Source: Cyanophora paradoxa CCMP329 (taxonomy: Eukaryota; Plantae; Glaucophyta). Taken from it: DNA of 64,000 nt. The stretch covers positions 121,963 to 185,962 of the forward strand of contig QPMI01000459.1 of the NCBI GenBank assembly GCA_004431415.1, read 5' to 3'. Each line of letters begins with the position of its first letter. Position 1 is the stretch's first letter. Of this stretch, positions 11,956-24,777 are shown one piece after another. A program made the position numbers and the translations under genes. The notes under the pieces are model-generated. The model made no database searches, had not been told where the DNA came from, and was given only the letters and a program-made list of their open reading frames with translations.

Positions 11956-13485
11956 TTTTTTTTTTTGGTGAATTACCGGCCACAGTCTCTAGACACCAGC
12001 ACTGCGGGGGCTGCCCAGGGGGCATAAAGACAAAAAAGCAAAATAACTAAGACAAGAGCACGAAGAAAGATAAGACAAAGAGCCAAAATCGACAATAAAA
12101 AAGGAAAGACACAGAGCTCGAGACAGATCGATAGCGAGAAGAGACGATAAATCGAGCAGATCTAGGGACAGAGGATAACTGACACGAAGAAGAGCCAGAG
12201 CTAGAGATACCATCAATATCAGAAGGAATTACATCACTAAGAAGCGGGGGACAAAATTGAGAAAGATAAATAACAGGAAGAAGACAAGTAAGAGGAACAA
12301 CAAGACGACATGGAGGCGGAGGCGAAGCAGGACGATGCGAAAGGGCAGAGCTACGGCACGAGGTCGAGGAGGACACAGGAGGCGGAGCAGGCGGATCAAG
12401 AGCAGGCAAAAGGACAGTCAAAGGAATCACTAAAGCCGGCCAGGGTCGAGGCGGGCAATCGAACTGCAAACGACGGCGAACAACAGGTCGAGCACGAGGA
12501 CTATAGCTAGTATTGAAACTAACTCTAGCATCAACACTACGATCAGAATCCGAACCAGACCGAACTAAACTAGAAGACGAAGAAGTACGCCGGCGCCGGC
12601 GGGATACGATCGCGACCAGCGAAGCAGAAGACGAAGGCAAAGGCGGCAGTCCGGTATCAAGAACAAAGGCCGGAGGGTCCGGCCCGGCAAACCGCCGGGG
12701 GAAGTAGAAGGAGCCGCAGGCTCGGCAAGCCGGCGACGGGTACGACCACGAGTCCGGGAGGAGATCGGGGAAGCCGGTCCCGGAGCTGAGGGCCCAGGAG
12801 CAGAGCCAGGAGAAGGTAAGCCCGGCGAGAAATCTGACCCGGAGCCGGAACCCAGCGAACGACGACGACGAAGAGGCCCCGAGGAGCCACGACGGGGGAG
12901 CTACCGAGCAAAGTACTGACAGCCGGCGCCGAACACGGCGGCGGAGGTACCCCGCAGACAGTGGCAGGCGGAGAGTCCAGGGTCGATCGAGAGATCCGCC
13001 GACGGGAATGCGGCGGGGGCCGACGAGACGGAAGAGGCCTAGGCGAGGAGGGGCCGAGGAAGGGTCGGAGGCAGGGGAAGGGCCGCGAGCAGGTGACGGG
13101 GATCGCTGCCGGCGCCGAAGAGAGGGCAGCGAAGCTGGAGAAAGGTCGGGTGGCGCCGGATCAGATGACACGGAGGTCATGGCCATGGGCGGCGCAGAGA
13201 GAGACGAGCTCGAGGGCGCAAGGGCCCGACGAGGGCGCCGGCGGCGAATCTCACGAGCGCCAGGAAGCGGGATAGGACCCGCATATGGGACCCGAGGCGC
13301 CGAAGGGGGAGCAGGGAGCCGGAATGACGGGGAGACCGAAAAGAGGACAGTCTCGCCAACACTCGGAAGCGGGGCAGAGGCCGAGGACCCGGAGCTCGAG
13401 GGGGGGAGGGAGGGCGGAGGAGGAGAGAGAAGGCGGCTATTCGAAGGGTATGGAGAATCGAGAGCGGAGGCGAGGGAGGCGTTAC
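11956..13485 (-). mobile_element. Probable 5'-truncated non-LTR retroposon fragment (~1.5 kb)
   Basis: T11 at 11956-11966 (poly(A) on the minus strand) and a candidate 10-bp TSD taccgtagta (11946-11955 and 13486-13495). The minus strand is pyrimidine-rich with an open S/P/R-rich frame and no catalytic domain. Confidence 0.5.
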
Positions 13486-13585
13486 TACCGTAGTAGTACG
13501 TGCGCATGCACTGCCATATGCATGGCGTACCGTCACGGCGTTACTACCGTAGTAGTACGTGCGCATGCACTGCCATATGCATGGC
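13478..13585. repeat. Direct duplication of ~49 bp (period 59)
   Basis: ggcgttactaccgtagtagtacgtgcgcatgcactgccatatgcatggc occurs at ~13478 and ~13537. Confidence 0.85.
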
Positions 13586-15825
13586 AATCATGCACCGGTA
13601 CCGCGGCAGCGATCAGCGGATAGCTACGTGCGGTATCATAATTGGGGAAGGGTAAAACACTTCCCCTGTCCATGTCCCTTGGGCCCAACCCTACCCCAAA
13701 TCCCATTTCCCCGACCTCCGCAAAACCGGGGCCGCGCGGTACACCCTGAAAGCGCATCCCCAGGGGACCCCGAAACCATGTCTCCCGGTCCCGTCCGACG
13801 AAAGGGTGATCCAGGAACAGGCACCAACACCCGGGACAAAAATGGGTCCAGTGACGCACAGGGAGCAGATATACGGGCCAGACCAGTTCGAGGTCGTTGC
13901 GCGCATCATGTTCGACATTCCGTAATGCAAGAGCGAGGCCGGGCGCGAACGCGGTCGCGTGGGAGGACGCCGCGCGCGCTAGCCAATCACATTGGAGAGT
14001 GCGTTAACTTACCCTGAGAAACCTCTTAAAGTACCCCCCGGCCGCTTTCTCCCCCGGGCGCCGCAGCTCGGCTCGGCTCAACAATGGTTACGCCTCTCGC
14101 GCGCGCGGCAGCTTGCTGTGGCTCAGCGGCTAGCCGCGCCAGCCGCGCACGCTTCACCCGCGCCAACCGCGCCCCGACGCAATTGCACAAGCCGGCCGCA
14201 AGCCGGCCGCACTTGGCCAGCTATGCCACTTGCAACAAGCCGATGCCAGCGCGGCGCGCGCGCCGCGCGACGCAGAGCCCCCGCGCGCGCGCGATGCGCA
14301 TGCCTGCTGCAGCCGGCGCGCGCCGCTGATCATGATCATGAGCTGGCCCGCTGCGCCGCTTTTTGAGCGGAACGTGAGCTTGAGCAGCGTCCCCGCGCCC
14401 GCGCCCAGATCGCGCGGAGGCCTAGGCGCCGGCCAGCCCCTAGCTATGTAGCCACGCCGTGACGCACGTGCACCCGCAGCACATGCGCACTCGTGCACCC
14501 GCCACGCCTCCGCGCGCGACGGCCGCGGGGCATGCATATGCGCAGCCTGGCAGCTGCAGGAGCTCGAGCACGTCCATGGCCAGACAAGGTTCCCTCCCCC
14601 TTCCCAAGGCCCGCGCCTTACATAGCTATAGCTAGCTCGCTAGGCCCTGATCATGAGGCCTACCTCTAAGAGGACAGCTCGCCTCGATCGCGAGGACAGC
14701 TGCAGCCTTTTTTTTTTTTTGAGTTTTCCGTAGTTTATTAGGGGACAGAGCCCCTGGTACACAAAAAACATCGTTTTCTGTCTACCCTAGGCCTAGGTCT
14801 ACCCTAGGCCAACTAATATACTTTAGCCTAGTCTACTCCCCACTATTGGGTCTCCGACTAGGCGCCCCAAGGGCTATACCCTATTGCGAGCCCCGCCCCC
14901 TCTACCCTTGAGGCGGCTCTCTCGGAGCCTCCCCCCCGCGACGGGCCAGGGCCGGTCACGATGGGGTGGGGTAGAGAGGTGGCAGGGGGCTGGGGCCGGG
15001 GAGATTGTTGGGCTGGCAGGCTCAGGGTTTAAAGCCAAGCGGCGAGATCCCAAAGATGAGAAGAGAGAGGAGGAGATCTCCGCGGTGGTACCTCACGTGT
15101 TCCCGTGCAGGACAGAGGAGCGGGCGTGGAAGGCGGTGGAGGTGGCGGTGTCGGTGGAGCGACAGGGAACAGATGGGACAGGTTGCTGGAGGGGCGAGAT
15201 GGGGAGGGTGGAGCTGGAGAGCCCGTTTCGAGAAGAGGAAGGGTGGAGGAGGGGAGGGTGCGGGGGAGGAGGCTGGGGTGAGGGCCGGGCCTCTTCGGTG
15301 GGGAGGGCGGGGCGGCGGCCGGTCTTGTGGGGAGGCCGGTCTTGAGGTTCGGGAAGAGGCTCGGGCACAGCTGATGCGGCTGCGGACGACGCTCCATCCC
15401 GCCGCTGGGCGTGACCATGAGCAGCAGCAGGGGTGACGGAAGCTGCTGCAGCTGTTCTAGATCTGCGGGGGCGAGGTCCGGGTCCGGAATTATTGCCTCG
15501 GGCTGCACGGAATCCCGCCGACTCTTGAATTTCTCGAAGGAGGCGCGGGCGTCGCGTCCGCACTGTTGCCGTGCCGTCGGCTTGTGCCACTGGTGTGTCA
15601 GGCGGGGGCACTTGCGTTGGCGGACTGTCCTTTGGACTCTGGGGCCTAGCTATAGAGGTGTCGCTGACGGCCGACGGGCGCGGGCGGGGTTGGAAGAAGG
15701 TGCGGATGTCTGCTCGCGAGTTCCGGGCCGCAGGCCTTGGGGTAGGCTGCGCGCTCAGCGGGGGCCGGTATTGGGGTTCCGGTGCGGGCGTGACTATTTT
15801 GGGCCTGGATGGGCCTGCAATGGCT

Positions 15826-16848
15826 TCATCTTGGGGGGCGCGGTCTGTCTCGCTGGTTTTGGGGGGCGACACTGGAGCGGTACATTTTCCTTTGCGTTTG
15901 TGCTGCGCCAGGGCTTCGGGGAGGCAGCAGCGTAACCGCACCGGCAGCTGAGGGGGCATCCCGTGGCAGTTCTCCCGGGGCCAGCGCAGCCACCGGTATT
16001 GCCCGGGGCTGCTCGGGCTGGGAGGCGGTGCTCGTGGGCGCCTCCGTATCCAAGGCCTGCGAGCCTAGAATCCGAGAAAGAATGAGGCCGCGCCAGGTGG
16101 CGCAGTTAGACACAGTGCCCGTGAAGGAGGGTGTGTAGGCCGTGGGGTCATGTTCCAGAGCACGGACAAGTATTTCGGCGAAGGCACAGACGAAAATCCC
16201 GCAGTTGAAGCGATCGTTTTGGGCCGGGATGGGGAATCGGGTGGCTGAGGGGAGGGGCCAGGTGAGAGCGTCGTCGGCGCCGGTCGAGGAGCCTAGGGCT
16301 GCGCATTCGCGCTCCATGTTGAGCCATTTTAGGAGGGGCGGGAGTTGACGGCGGGCCTCTTCGGGGCCCGGGAGATTGTATCCATCGTATAGTTCAGCAC
16401 GGCGAGCACGGAGATGGAGGGCTGCAAGGATCCAGTGGCCCGGGGTGTGGATAGGGAAGAGTAATAGGTCATAGTCAAAGACATTAATTCCGCGCCCAGC
16501 GGTGCGACGGCGCAGGCGGGCGCTGCCCGCCGGCGTTATTGTCTGGGGAATAGCGGCGTAGAAAGTGTGCGGGAAAAGTAAGACGCGTCGGCGAGGGTTA
16601 ATTTCTCCGCTCGCAAGAAGGTTTAGTCGGGCAAGGTAGTAGTTGATGACGTCGGCGTTCACCCAGGACGAGCCGTTCAGCGTGGCTAGGTCATGGAGCG
16701 ATACGGAGGCACTGCCAAACAGTGCAGCGGGGCCGCTGCGGGCTGCCGGAGCTCTCGGACTGCGCTGTTGGGTAGAGCGCGGGTAGGGGAGCGGCGTACT
16801 TGGGCCCAGGCGGCACGTAATGCAGGTGGGGACGGCGGAGCCGGCCAC
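15826..16848 (-). CDS. Ulp1/SENP (peptidase C48)-like cysteine protease domain of the LINE
   Basis: Motifs DLATLNGSSWVNADVINYY, FPHTFY, LLFPIHTPGHWILAAL, LYDG and QNDRFNCGIFVCAFAE. The His-Asp-Cys triad and oxyanion Gln are intact. Confidence 0.88.
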   Translation of the reverse strand: MAGSAVPTCITCRLGPSTPLPYPRSTQQRSPRAPAARSGPAALFGSASVSLHDLATLNGSSWVNADVINYYLARLNLLASGEINPRRRVLLFPHTFYAAIPQTITPAGSARLRRRTAGRGINVFDYDLLLFPIHTPGHWILAALHLRARRAELYDGYNLPGPEEARRQLPPLLKWLNMERECAALGSSTGADDALTWPLPSATRFPIPAQNDRFNCGIFVCAFAEILVRALEHDPTAYTPSFTGTVSNCATWRGLILSRILGSQALDTEAPTSTASQPEQPRAIPVAALAPGELPRDAPSAAGAVTLLPPRSPGAAQTQRKMYRSSVAPQNQRDRPRPPR

Positions 16849-16908
16849 CCTGCATTACTGGCATTAATATTGGTGATGCTGTTAGCAGCTGCCGGCCTAG
16901 CTACAGGT

Positions 16909-17990
16909 CTAGGTCTCGGGCTCGAGCTCGGGGCGGCGGTAGGGGCACCGGCGTTGCGGGTATCGCTGTTGTAGGGGGGCCGTGGCCGGCCACGGTGCTG
17001 GGGGAGCAGCGCGGGTTCGAGAGCGGCGCGACTGGCTGACTAATTGTAGGTCTGATGAGAGGGTGAGCTGGCCGTTGGGTATCCGTCGACGCGGGGCCGG
17101 GGCCACCACGGTCGAGGGGCTCGTGGGCTCATCCCTAATCCTGGCTGGCATCGACCTCGCCGGTGAGGGCTCAGCAGGGCGCGAGGGTCGAGGTGCATGA
17201 GTTTGGCGGCGAGTAATCCCGTGTCGGCGTTGCCAGGACTGGACTTCGCTATTGCGAGCCTTCCAGATTGCTTGGGTGTAGTCTATGATGGTGGCCATAA
17301 TTGCGTTGGCGCATTTAAGCGCCGCCGGTCTACGTACATCTAAGTAAATCAGGGCAGGGATGAGGCTACGAGGAAGGAGGAGCCTGACGGTGTGGCGGGG
17401 AGAATCGCAGGCAAGGTCGGCGAAGAGTTTGCTGCCGAGGCTTTGCCACTGATCGGGCAGGCCATAGAGTGGCTGCGTGAGGTGCGAAGGAAGGGGGCCC
17501 GGCCGTTGGCGCTGACGCTCTGACCATCCCCAGTTTGCATCGTCAGCCAGTGCAAAGGCCGGGAACAGTTGGCGCAGCAACAGTCCGTCCTGGCGCAGGG
17601 CCGGGGGCAGCTTGTAGGCTGGGTCGCCAGCTGCAGCCGCATCGACTGCAGTTTTTAGGCGTTGAGACGATATGGTTTCGTACAATAGGTTGAATATCTT
17701 AGTTTGGGCTTCGATACGGAGGGTGCGTGTTGCTGGGCAGAGACCAAAGGCGTGGTCGTGGGTTTCAGGCGTCCCGCTAACGATAGGGGGGGCCGCGGTG
17801 CCTGGCGTGCGTCTCGTGCGGCCGGGTCGCCGTTGGGGCCGTTCCGGATCCCACCGTCTTCCTCGGGTCGGACGCAGGCGGCTGCCATGGCGGGGCTGGG
17901 GTGGGCCGGCCGTCTGGGCCTAGCACGGACGCGCAGCCTGCGCGAACACAGAGTCCATTTGGATTTATTGCACTATAGAGATGGGGAGCG
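16909..17990 (-). CDS. LINE C-terminal zinc finger (C..C...ExxxHxxxxC) and IWKARN motif (frameshifted)
   Basis: LCVRAGC (~17925-17950), ETHDHAFGLCP (~17735-17767) and AIWKARNSEVQSWQRRHGIT. Confidence 0.7.
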
Positions 17991-18489
17991 TCCCGGGCAC
18001 GTTCACCCATGAGGGGTGCGAGTCCGGAGCTGAATTTCGTGATTTGAGCAAGCCTCGCATTCAGGGGTGCGATGCATCGCGGGAGAGCCCTTTCTTGCGG
18101 TATTCGCGGGCGAGGCGCGCACGGTCGACCGGACTGCCCAAATGGCATTTTTCGGTTGCAAGGAGACGGGAGAAGTTCCGAAATTCGCACGTATTTTTTA
18201 CGTGTGCTCGCGGGTCAGACTCAACTCTGTAAACTCTACGAGTGTCGTAGTTCTCGTTCCAGCAGCGCGGGGGCGAAAAGAGTAGGACCATGTCAAATCC
18301 GCCAGGGGGAAAGACCGGCTCCCGGCGGGCGTGCCACGCGCGTTTTGATGCAACTGTTGCGGCCGGGGACGGGTCTTCGGGGTCAGATTGCCAGGCTGCT
18401 TCCTCAGGGTCAGCCCAGGAAGAAAGTTCCCGGCCGTCGAGTGCCTGCCGGGAGAGGTCTGCGCTGGGGTGCAGAGCCAGTGCCGCAGC

Positions 18490-19510
18490 GGCGAGGCGGT
18501 CGGCTCGTGCGTTGTCCCGATCAAATGCACGGTTTGGAACCCGTTCTTCTTCCACCAGCAGGGGCAGGCTTGGTAGTCCTGGTGTATGCTGACCTAGCGC
18601 AGCCCGGGCTTCGCGCCGCCTCTGTCGTTCTGCTCGCCTGGAGGCACGAGACGCTTGCTGCATTTGGTGGACGGCTCGGCGGGCGTTCCGACGGTGGATG
18701 TGGGCAGTGCCCGCGCGAAGGTGCTCGGAGATATAGTTGTAGGCGCCGGTTAGCGGGTTCGCGCGCCCTTCGTATACTCCCGTGCCGGGGCCATATTGAG
18801 CTATCAGTTCCGCCTCCGTAGGTTCGGGAGCGACCGGGTCTCGGTCAGAGAGGTAGGATTCGTATGAGTCTGCGTCTGATTCCGAGTCGTGGTCGGCCAC
18901 TTCAGCGGGGCGGCAGCCGGGCGCGGGCGGCGCCGAGTTATATATTCTTTCTGGTGGGCTTTGACTTTGACAAGACGTTCTTCGTATAGCATTCTGTCGG
19001 GTGCCACGGCCCTTGCTAGTGCAAGCCGGATGCACTGCACCTCAGCATACGCTTTAAGGTGATGGGAGTACGAGGCTCGAATGCAGCTGCGAAGGGTGGC
19101 GGTGGCGCGATGCGAGACGTACTTGGAATAGTCCGCCATTGCAGTGAAGCTGTCAGTTTTCACTGTGCAGCCTTCGGGAGAGAGCAGCAGGGCGGACAGG
19201 ACGGCGAGGAGCTCGCCTTTGTTATTGTTCACTGTGCCAGGACACGGGGCCACGAAAAAGTCGCTGCCGTCGGTCGGGATGGCGTCTGCAAGGCCGCGAA
19301 GTTTCGCCACCTGGTCAGTATCGACGCCGGTTGTGCCCAGCCGGTCAGCTAGTGCGTGAATTTGTTGACGGAGGGCTATCCCTCGCTGCGTGCGGGCAGC
19401 TTCGTCAGCTAGTGAGGCCGGGTTGCTCTCACGGGGCCAGACGCCAGCGTAGGCCGTGAGTGCAGCTTCTGAGGCGGCGTCCATGGTACTGGCATCCGTG
19501 GCTGCGAGTC
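18490..19510 (-). CDS. RNase H domain of the LINE, with large insertions
   Basis: ATDAS, NNNKGELLAVLSAL, VKTDS, KVKAH (18954-18968) and NARADRLA (~18490-18513). Confidence 0.8.
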
Positions 19511-21039
19511 GGCGCTCGCGGTCGAGCGGGAGGGAGGTGCGGCCGAGCTCCGCGGCAATCAGGTTCCAAAATGGGTCAGCATACTCTGACGATGGGATGC
19601 AGAAGTCGCTCAACTGTCGGCGTTGGGGGTAGGCCCGAGGCGCTGTCGGCGGGGGGACGGTCCCAGGGTCGCGAGCGGCGACTCCATCTGGCCGCTGGGG
19701 CGCCTCGTGATCATCTGGATCATAATTCCAGTCCTGTTCCCACGGGGGGAGGAAATGAGTGTCGCGGAACTCGGGCCACCACGTTATTTTATCTTCAAGG
19801 AAAATGCGAGCATGCTCGGCGACACGGCCTGACCGCGACTCGGGGACCAGGCTCTGAAGTCGGGCGGGGTAGATGTAGGCTGTGTCTTCGGTCCAGCGGC
19901 ACCGTTGGGAGGCCGGGTCTGAGTGGTCACATGCGCGGCGGAGAGCCTCTGCTTCCGGCGTTTTCGCTGTGAAGCGGCTGTCGCATTCTTTGGGATCCAT
20001 TATGCAGCGGAAGAAGGAGACGGGTTCGCCGGTGGTGTCATATATGTGGTCCTCTCGGTCGTCCTGGCCTTTGTCTCGGCGGACCCAGTGTTCGAGCTCA
20101 ACTAGGACGCGTTCTCTGCCGTCGTCAGCGTCAGTTGTCCGCCGGATATTGCAGATGCGTCCTAGATACGCTTCCGTTGTCCAAACGAAGCCGCCGACTT
20201 TGTACTGGGGCGAGAGCAGGCCGGCTTCAAGAAGGGTACGTTGGGCTGCAGCCGGATTTTGCGCAGGCTGCAGGTGCATGGGGAAGCGGAGACGACGGGG
20301 GATGGCGCGCGGGCCGACGGGCTGACATATTGCTCGGGTGAACGACGGGAACCAGGAGGGAGGTCTATTGAGTCGCTGTTTAATTTTCCCGCTGCCCCAT
20401 AAGCTAATCCAGTCGAGCACACTGACGCCGTCGGGCCCCGTGACGTCAGCAGCTGTGAGGATATCGTGGCGCCAAAGGAATGGTGCAGCCTCACGCAGGA
20501 GGCGCGGGGGGAGCAGTGTTGTGAGCACAAAGCGGCGTTCGAGCTGCGGGTGAGGCAGGGCCGGAACGAGATAGTCCTTGCCTGAGTCGAGTTTGTAGCC
20601 GGCGCGGGTCAGATTTCGCGCTACAGCTAGTGCAAAATTGTCTCTGTAGGCTGCGGGGCCCAGCTGTAAATTGGGGTAGCAGTATGGCGGAAGGGGAAGC
20701 CCCAGTTGCTCCTGCGCTGCGAAAATGCGGTGCATGATATACGGGAGAAGCAGGGGGTGGTTCGTGCGGATGGTTTCATCGAGCACGTGAATGGCCAGCT
20801 GTTCGTCCTCCGTTCTCTTGAGGCCGTAGAAGCCTCGGCTCCACATGAGCGCGTTGGGCGTGGACCCCCTAAGGCGGGCATGATGTTTAGTGAGCGTCAT
20901 CCAGAGAGTGTCGAGCTGGGCACATTGTCTCTCGGTAAAGGAAACAATCTTGCAGGCGTAAGTGATGCGAGGGAGAAGGACGCTATTTACTATGTATATC
21001 GTCTCTTTGGCGGTGAGTTTCTTACGCCTTAGTATCGCG

Positions 21040-22051
21040 CAGGCTGCCCGAGCTGTTGAGTATACAGCCTCAAATTGCCGCCGCCAGTCCAGATTTGCTG
21101 TCATCCAGACCCCGAGCACCTTGAATGGTTTGTTCGGCGCAAGGACTTTGTCGGCCGGTTCTTTAGCATCGGGCGGGCCTAGTAGCGGGGCAGACGGGCG
21201 TGGGGAGACGTTGTTGTACGTAAATTCGGTTTTCTTCGCGTTGAGGGCAATATCATGTATCCAGAAGAATTCAGAGGCCAGGTCTGCGTGCAGCTGGATG
21301 CCCCGGCTGTACCGCTAATAAGTACGGTGTCGTCTGCGTATGCTTGCCCCGGCGAGGTCACCCGAGGCAGGCGCGCTCGCAGGCGTCGGGTGGGCGCGGG
21401 CAGGTTAGCGTCAGACGCAGAGGGCGGCGGGCCCATGGAGTATTGGGTGCTCTCCGCAGCGCTGACTTCGCGTAAAGCCGATAGAAATACGTCATAGAAG
21501 ATGAGCCAGTGAATTGGGGACTCGGTTCCTCCTTGCGGGAGCCCGCACTCCACATCGAAGGGGTCAGTTGGGCCGTACCCTGTCGCGACGGACGCTGTAC
21601 GTGATGTTGATATTTGTCCGTAGAGGCTTATGTACCGTTCGGGAATTTTTAGGCGGCGGAGTGCCATTTCCATGCTAGACCAGCTGACGCTGTCGTAGGC
21701 TCTGCGAATATCTAGCAGTAGCAGATAGATCGGTTTCGAGAATTGTTTTGCGTCCTCCAGTAGCGCGCGCAGCATGTACAGAGGCTCGTCGGTGGACTTG
21801 CCTCGAGTAAAGGCGAAGTTCGCGCCCTGTAATATGTCGTGTTTGCGGAGAACGCGCGAGAGGCGGTCAGTGAGGACTGCCGTCACGAGTTTCAGCGTGC
21901 ATTCTTGGAGTGTAATGGGGCGGACATTGTCAGGGTGCCCATCCCATTCCCCGCCCTTGGGATAAGACATATATTTCCGTGAAGAAGGGGCGCAGGGACA
22001 GACGAGAGTTTTAGGATCAGATTTACCGTAGTGAGGATTACCTGGCGGCAC
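21040..22051 (-). CDS. Non-LTR reverse transcriptase (frameshifted)
   Basis: RPITLQEC, FTRGKST, LDIRRAYDSVSW, GLPQGGTESP, YADD (21329-21340) and LGVWM. Confidence 0.95.
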
Positions 22052-24398
22052 GTCGGGAACAGGTTATCGGGTTCTTGGAGCGGCTCCGGGTCCAGGCCCG
22101 CCTTGCGTAGTTCTTCGCAAGTTTTCTTTGAAAGGACCGGTGCCGTCCACAGCATTTTTATCATTTCGTGGGAAAATCCCGAGGGCCCCGCCGCACCGTT
22201 TCGGAGAGAGCCGATGATTCGGTCCAGTTCGGCCTCGCTGGTGGGTTCCATTAGGTACACATAAATTGCATCATCAATATCCTGGCGCGGGAGTGAAGTC
22301 GGCGCCATATTGAGGCCTCCTGTGCACATGTACTAAGTGGCAGCGCGCCCGGGTCCCTGTTCGCTGTGAGTGGGCTACGCTGCCGTGTCCAGGCATGCAT
22401 GTGATGGCGTGCGAACTGTTTCACTGCATCTTCATTGCCGTATACCTGATATTCTCCAGCGTGGCAGAGGGAGAAGGAGGTAATCGGCCTGCGTTCTGGG
22501 GCTTCAAGTGTTTGGCGGAGGTATTGGGCGAGGTCTGTCTTGAACATGCGCTGCGAGCGCTCTCGGTTTGCTCTGATTGTCGTGGCTTCGAAACGTTTAA
22601 TGTGGGCCTGGACTTTGGTGTCCAAGGCCGAGGCCCAAGTGGTGAAGCTTGGAAAATAGTCGAGCCAGCTTGGTTGTCGGCAGAGAATGGCGGCGGCACA
22701 GGGGTAGTGGGAGTTTAAGATAGCCTGACCGCTTGTCTATTGGGAGTTTGTCAAGCCGGCGGTTGTGATTTGAGATTGCCCTGCGCAGGTCAGAGAGGGA
22801 GTGCCGTACGCGGCGCGGCGTGGAGTCGATCCCGTGGCGCGCCGCTTCCCATGCCTTGCGCAGTTCCTGGGCCCTCGTGAGCAGGTTGGATTCGGGGCGG
22901 CCGCGGCGGGAGAATTTTTGAGGGATTTTTGGGGGCGTAAAGATGCCAAATACTGGCGATTGGCCGAGGTCACAGATGTGGGCGAGAGTGGATTTGAGGG
23001 CTTCGTGCAGGCGGGCTAGGCGGTCCTCTGGCGGGGTGCCGTCGTCGTCCTCCAGCGTTGCGAGTAGCTCTCGTACGCTAGCTGAGGACCCCGGCACCGG
23101 CTGCTGTAGCTTTTCTTCCAGTAGTTCTTTGAAGCGAATTTTTGTGAGCGATGCCTGTGTCGCGTACTTGAAACGCGGGGGGCCGGGCGAAGACGCTGGG
23201 GGCCCCGCGAGGACAGCTGCAGCCGCTGAGCTCGCCTGGCATGGCCAGCCTCGGCCGGAGCCGGCCCAGCGGCTCGCCCGGCCACCGCGCGCGCGCCTTC
23301 TTAAGCTTAAGCGCTAGTTTAAGTCCCTGCAGCTGCCCTCTGCATCTAGATCTTGGATTCGCCGAGGTTAAATGCCCTTCCCCGGACCCAACTGACGCGC
23401 GCGGCAAGTCAGTGGCCCTTTTATGTACTATGCACTAGCCTAGTATAGTGTGCCACGCCCGGCACGCCGGCGCCGGGTGCTCCCGAAAACTAGCACGCGG
23501 CGGCCTCTGCTCGCGATCGGGCTCTGACTGGGCCGGCCGCCGGTTGGAAACGGGGTAGAGTAGTGACGACCGGCGGCGGTCCGGCGCCGGCGGCGGCGCG
23601 GCCCGGCGGGGCGCGCGCGTGCGGCGCGGGCCCGCGCCTAGGCCTGCGCTGCTGCGCATGCACGCGCGCACTGCCGGCGCGGCCCCGCGCCTGCAGCTGC
23701 AGCTGCAGCCTGCAGGCTGCAGCTAGCTATAGCGCTGCGCATGCCGCAGTGCGCAAATCATAGCTAGCTAGCGCTATAGTATGCATATGCTGTGCATGCG
23801 CATGCCGGCGCCGCGCCTGCCAACTGCCGCCGGCCGGCGCGGCGCCGCGCCCGCACTGCCGGCGCCTGCACTGCTAGCGCTAGCGCGCTGGTGACGCCTC
23901 GCGCGCAAGTCCAGCAAGCCGCTAGCTATAGCCGGAGCTCAGCTATATAGCTAGCTTCGCTGGCCAGCTAGCGAGCCTGTCGGCTAGCTTGCCGGCTAAA
24001 TCGTGCGATTGTACCCAGCAATCGGCTCCATTCCCCCCTGCTCGAGTCTCGATGCGGCTGAAACTCTCGGGAGCTCTTTTTTTCCGCGTTCGGTACAACA
24101 GGTACTTGATGCGGCCTAGCGCGCCACGCGCTGCTTCCCGAGCGCTGGCATGTATGACATGCTCTGTCGAGCATCGCAAGAGCTTTCTTATGCACTTGGT
24201 CCGGCCTCTATACGACCACAGGATCAGGCGCTGCAAGGGATAGTCCAGGAAAGGGTCCGGTCCTTTTTTCCGCGCAGCATTCCCCTCTTTTCGGGTTCTG
24301 ACAACGAATTCCGGGCTCTCATGCATGCACTAACACTCGGTTAAGAGCTCAGAGCTGGATCGGGAGATGAGCAGACTCGTCATTTTGTAAGCTACCGA

Positions 24399-24433
24399 AA
24401 ACGGGGGCCCTACCCCGTTTCCAATTAGCCTAG
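24399..24433 (+). mobile_element. Canonical Helitron-like 3' terminus
   Basis: Hairpin aaacgggg-gcccta-ccccgttt (24399-24420), a 9-nt spacer, then CTAG (24430-24433) followed by T. The 5' end was not identified. Confidence 0.45.
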
Positions 24434-24777
24434 TAGAGCGTCGCCGAGTCGACGTCCCAATTTCAAGTTTGCAGCTTGCACTGCGGCCGCCGGGCAATTG
24501 CAAGTCCCAATCTGCATCTGCAGCTTGCAAGTCCCAATAGTCCGCGTTCGCGACCTTGCCAGTCTTGCTCAGGAGCCTCGGCGCCCGGCTAGCATCCTTC
24601 CGTTGGCAATAGTACGTATACATCCTCCAACTGCAGTGCCGCAGTGCAACGCCAAGGTTTCGAATTCTGCTTCTTCCTCAGATTGGCAACGCGGCGACGA
24701 CGGCCGGTGCCGCGGCCGCAACAGTCCGACGGTCGCTGCAAAGACGGCCGCGGCTTACACGCAGCAGTGGAGAAGAT

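Larger units (their letters stand above)
14708..23205 (-). mobile_element. 5'-truncated non-LTR (LINE) retrotransposon, 8.5 kb: RT - RNase H - zinc finger - Ulp1-type protease
   Basis: T13 at 14708-14720 (poly(A) tail) and a perfect 19-bp TSD cgcgaggacagctgcagcc at 14689-14707 and 23206-23224. It carries LINE-type RT motifs; the endonuclease region is absent because of the truncation. Confidence 0.93.
13643..23421 (+). mobile_element. Possible non-autonomous Helentron/Helitron2-like element (~1.25 kb) interrupted by the LINE
   Basis: 5' tt|ggggaaggg forming a hairpin with cttcccc (13644-13666). 3' inverted copy cccttcccc (23375-23383), then stem-loop actgac..gtcagt (23391-23413) and tttt. 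The motifs are short, so chance is possible. Confidence 0.35.
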
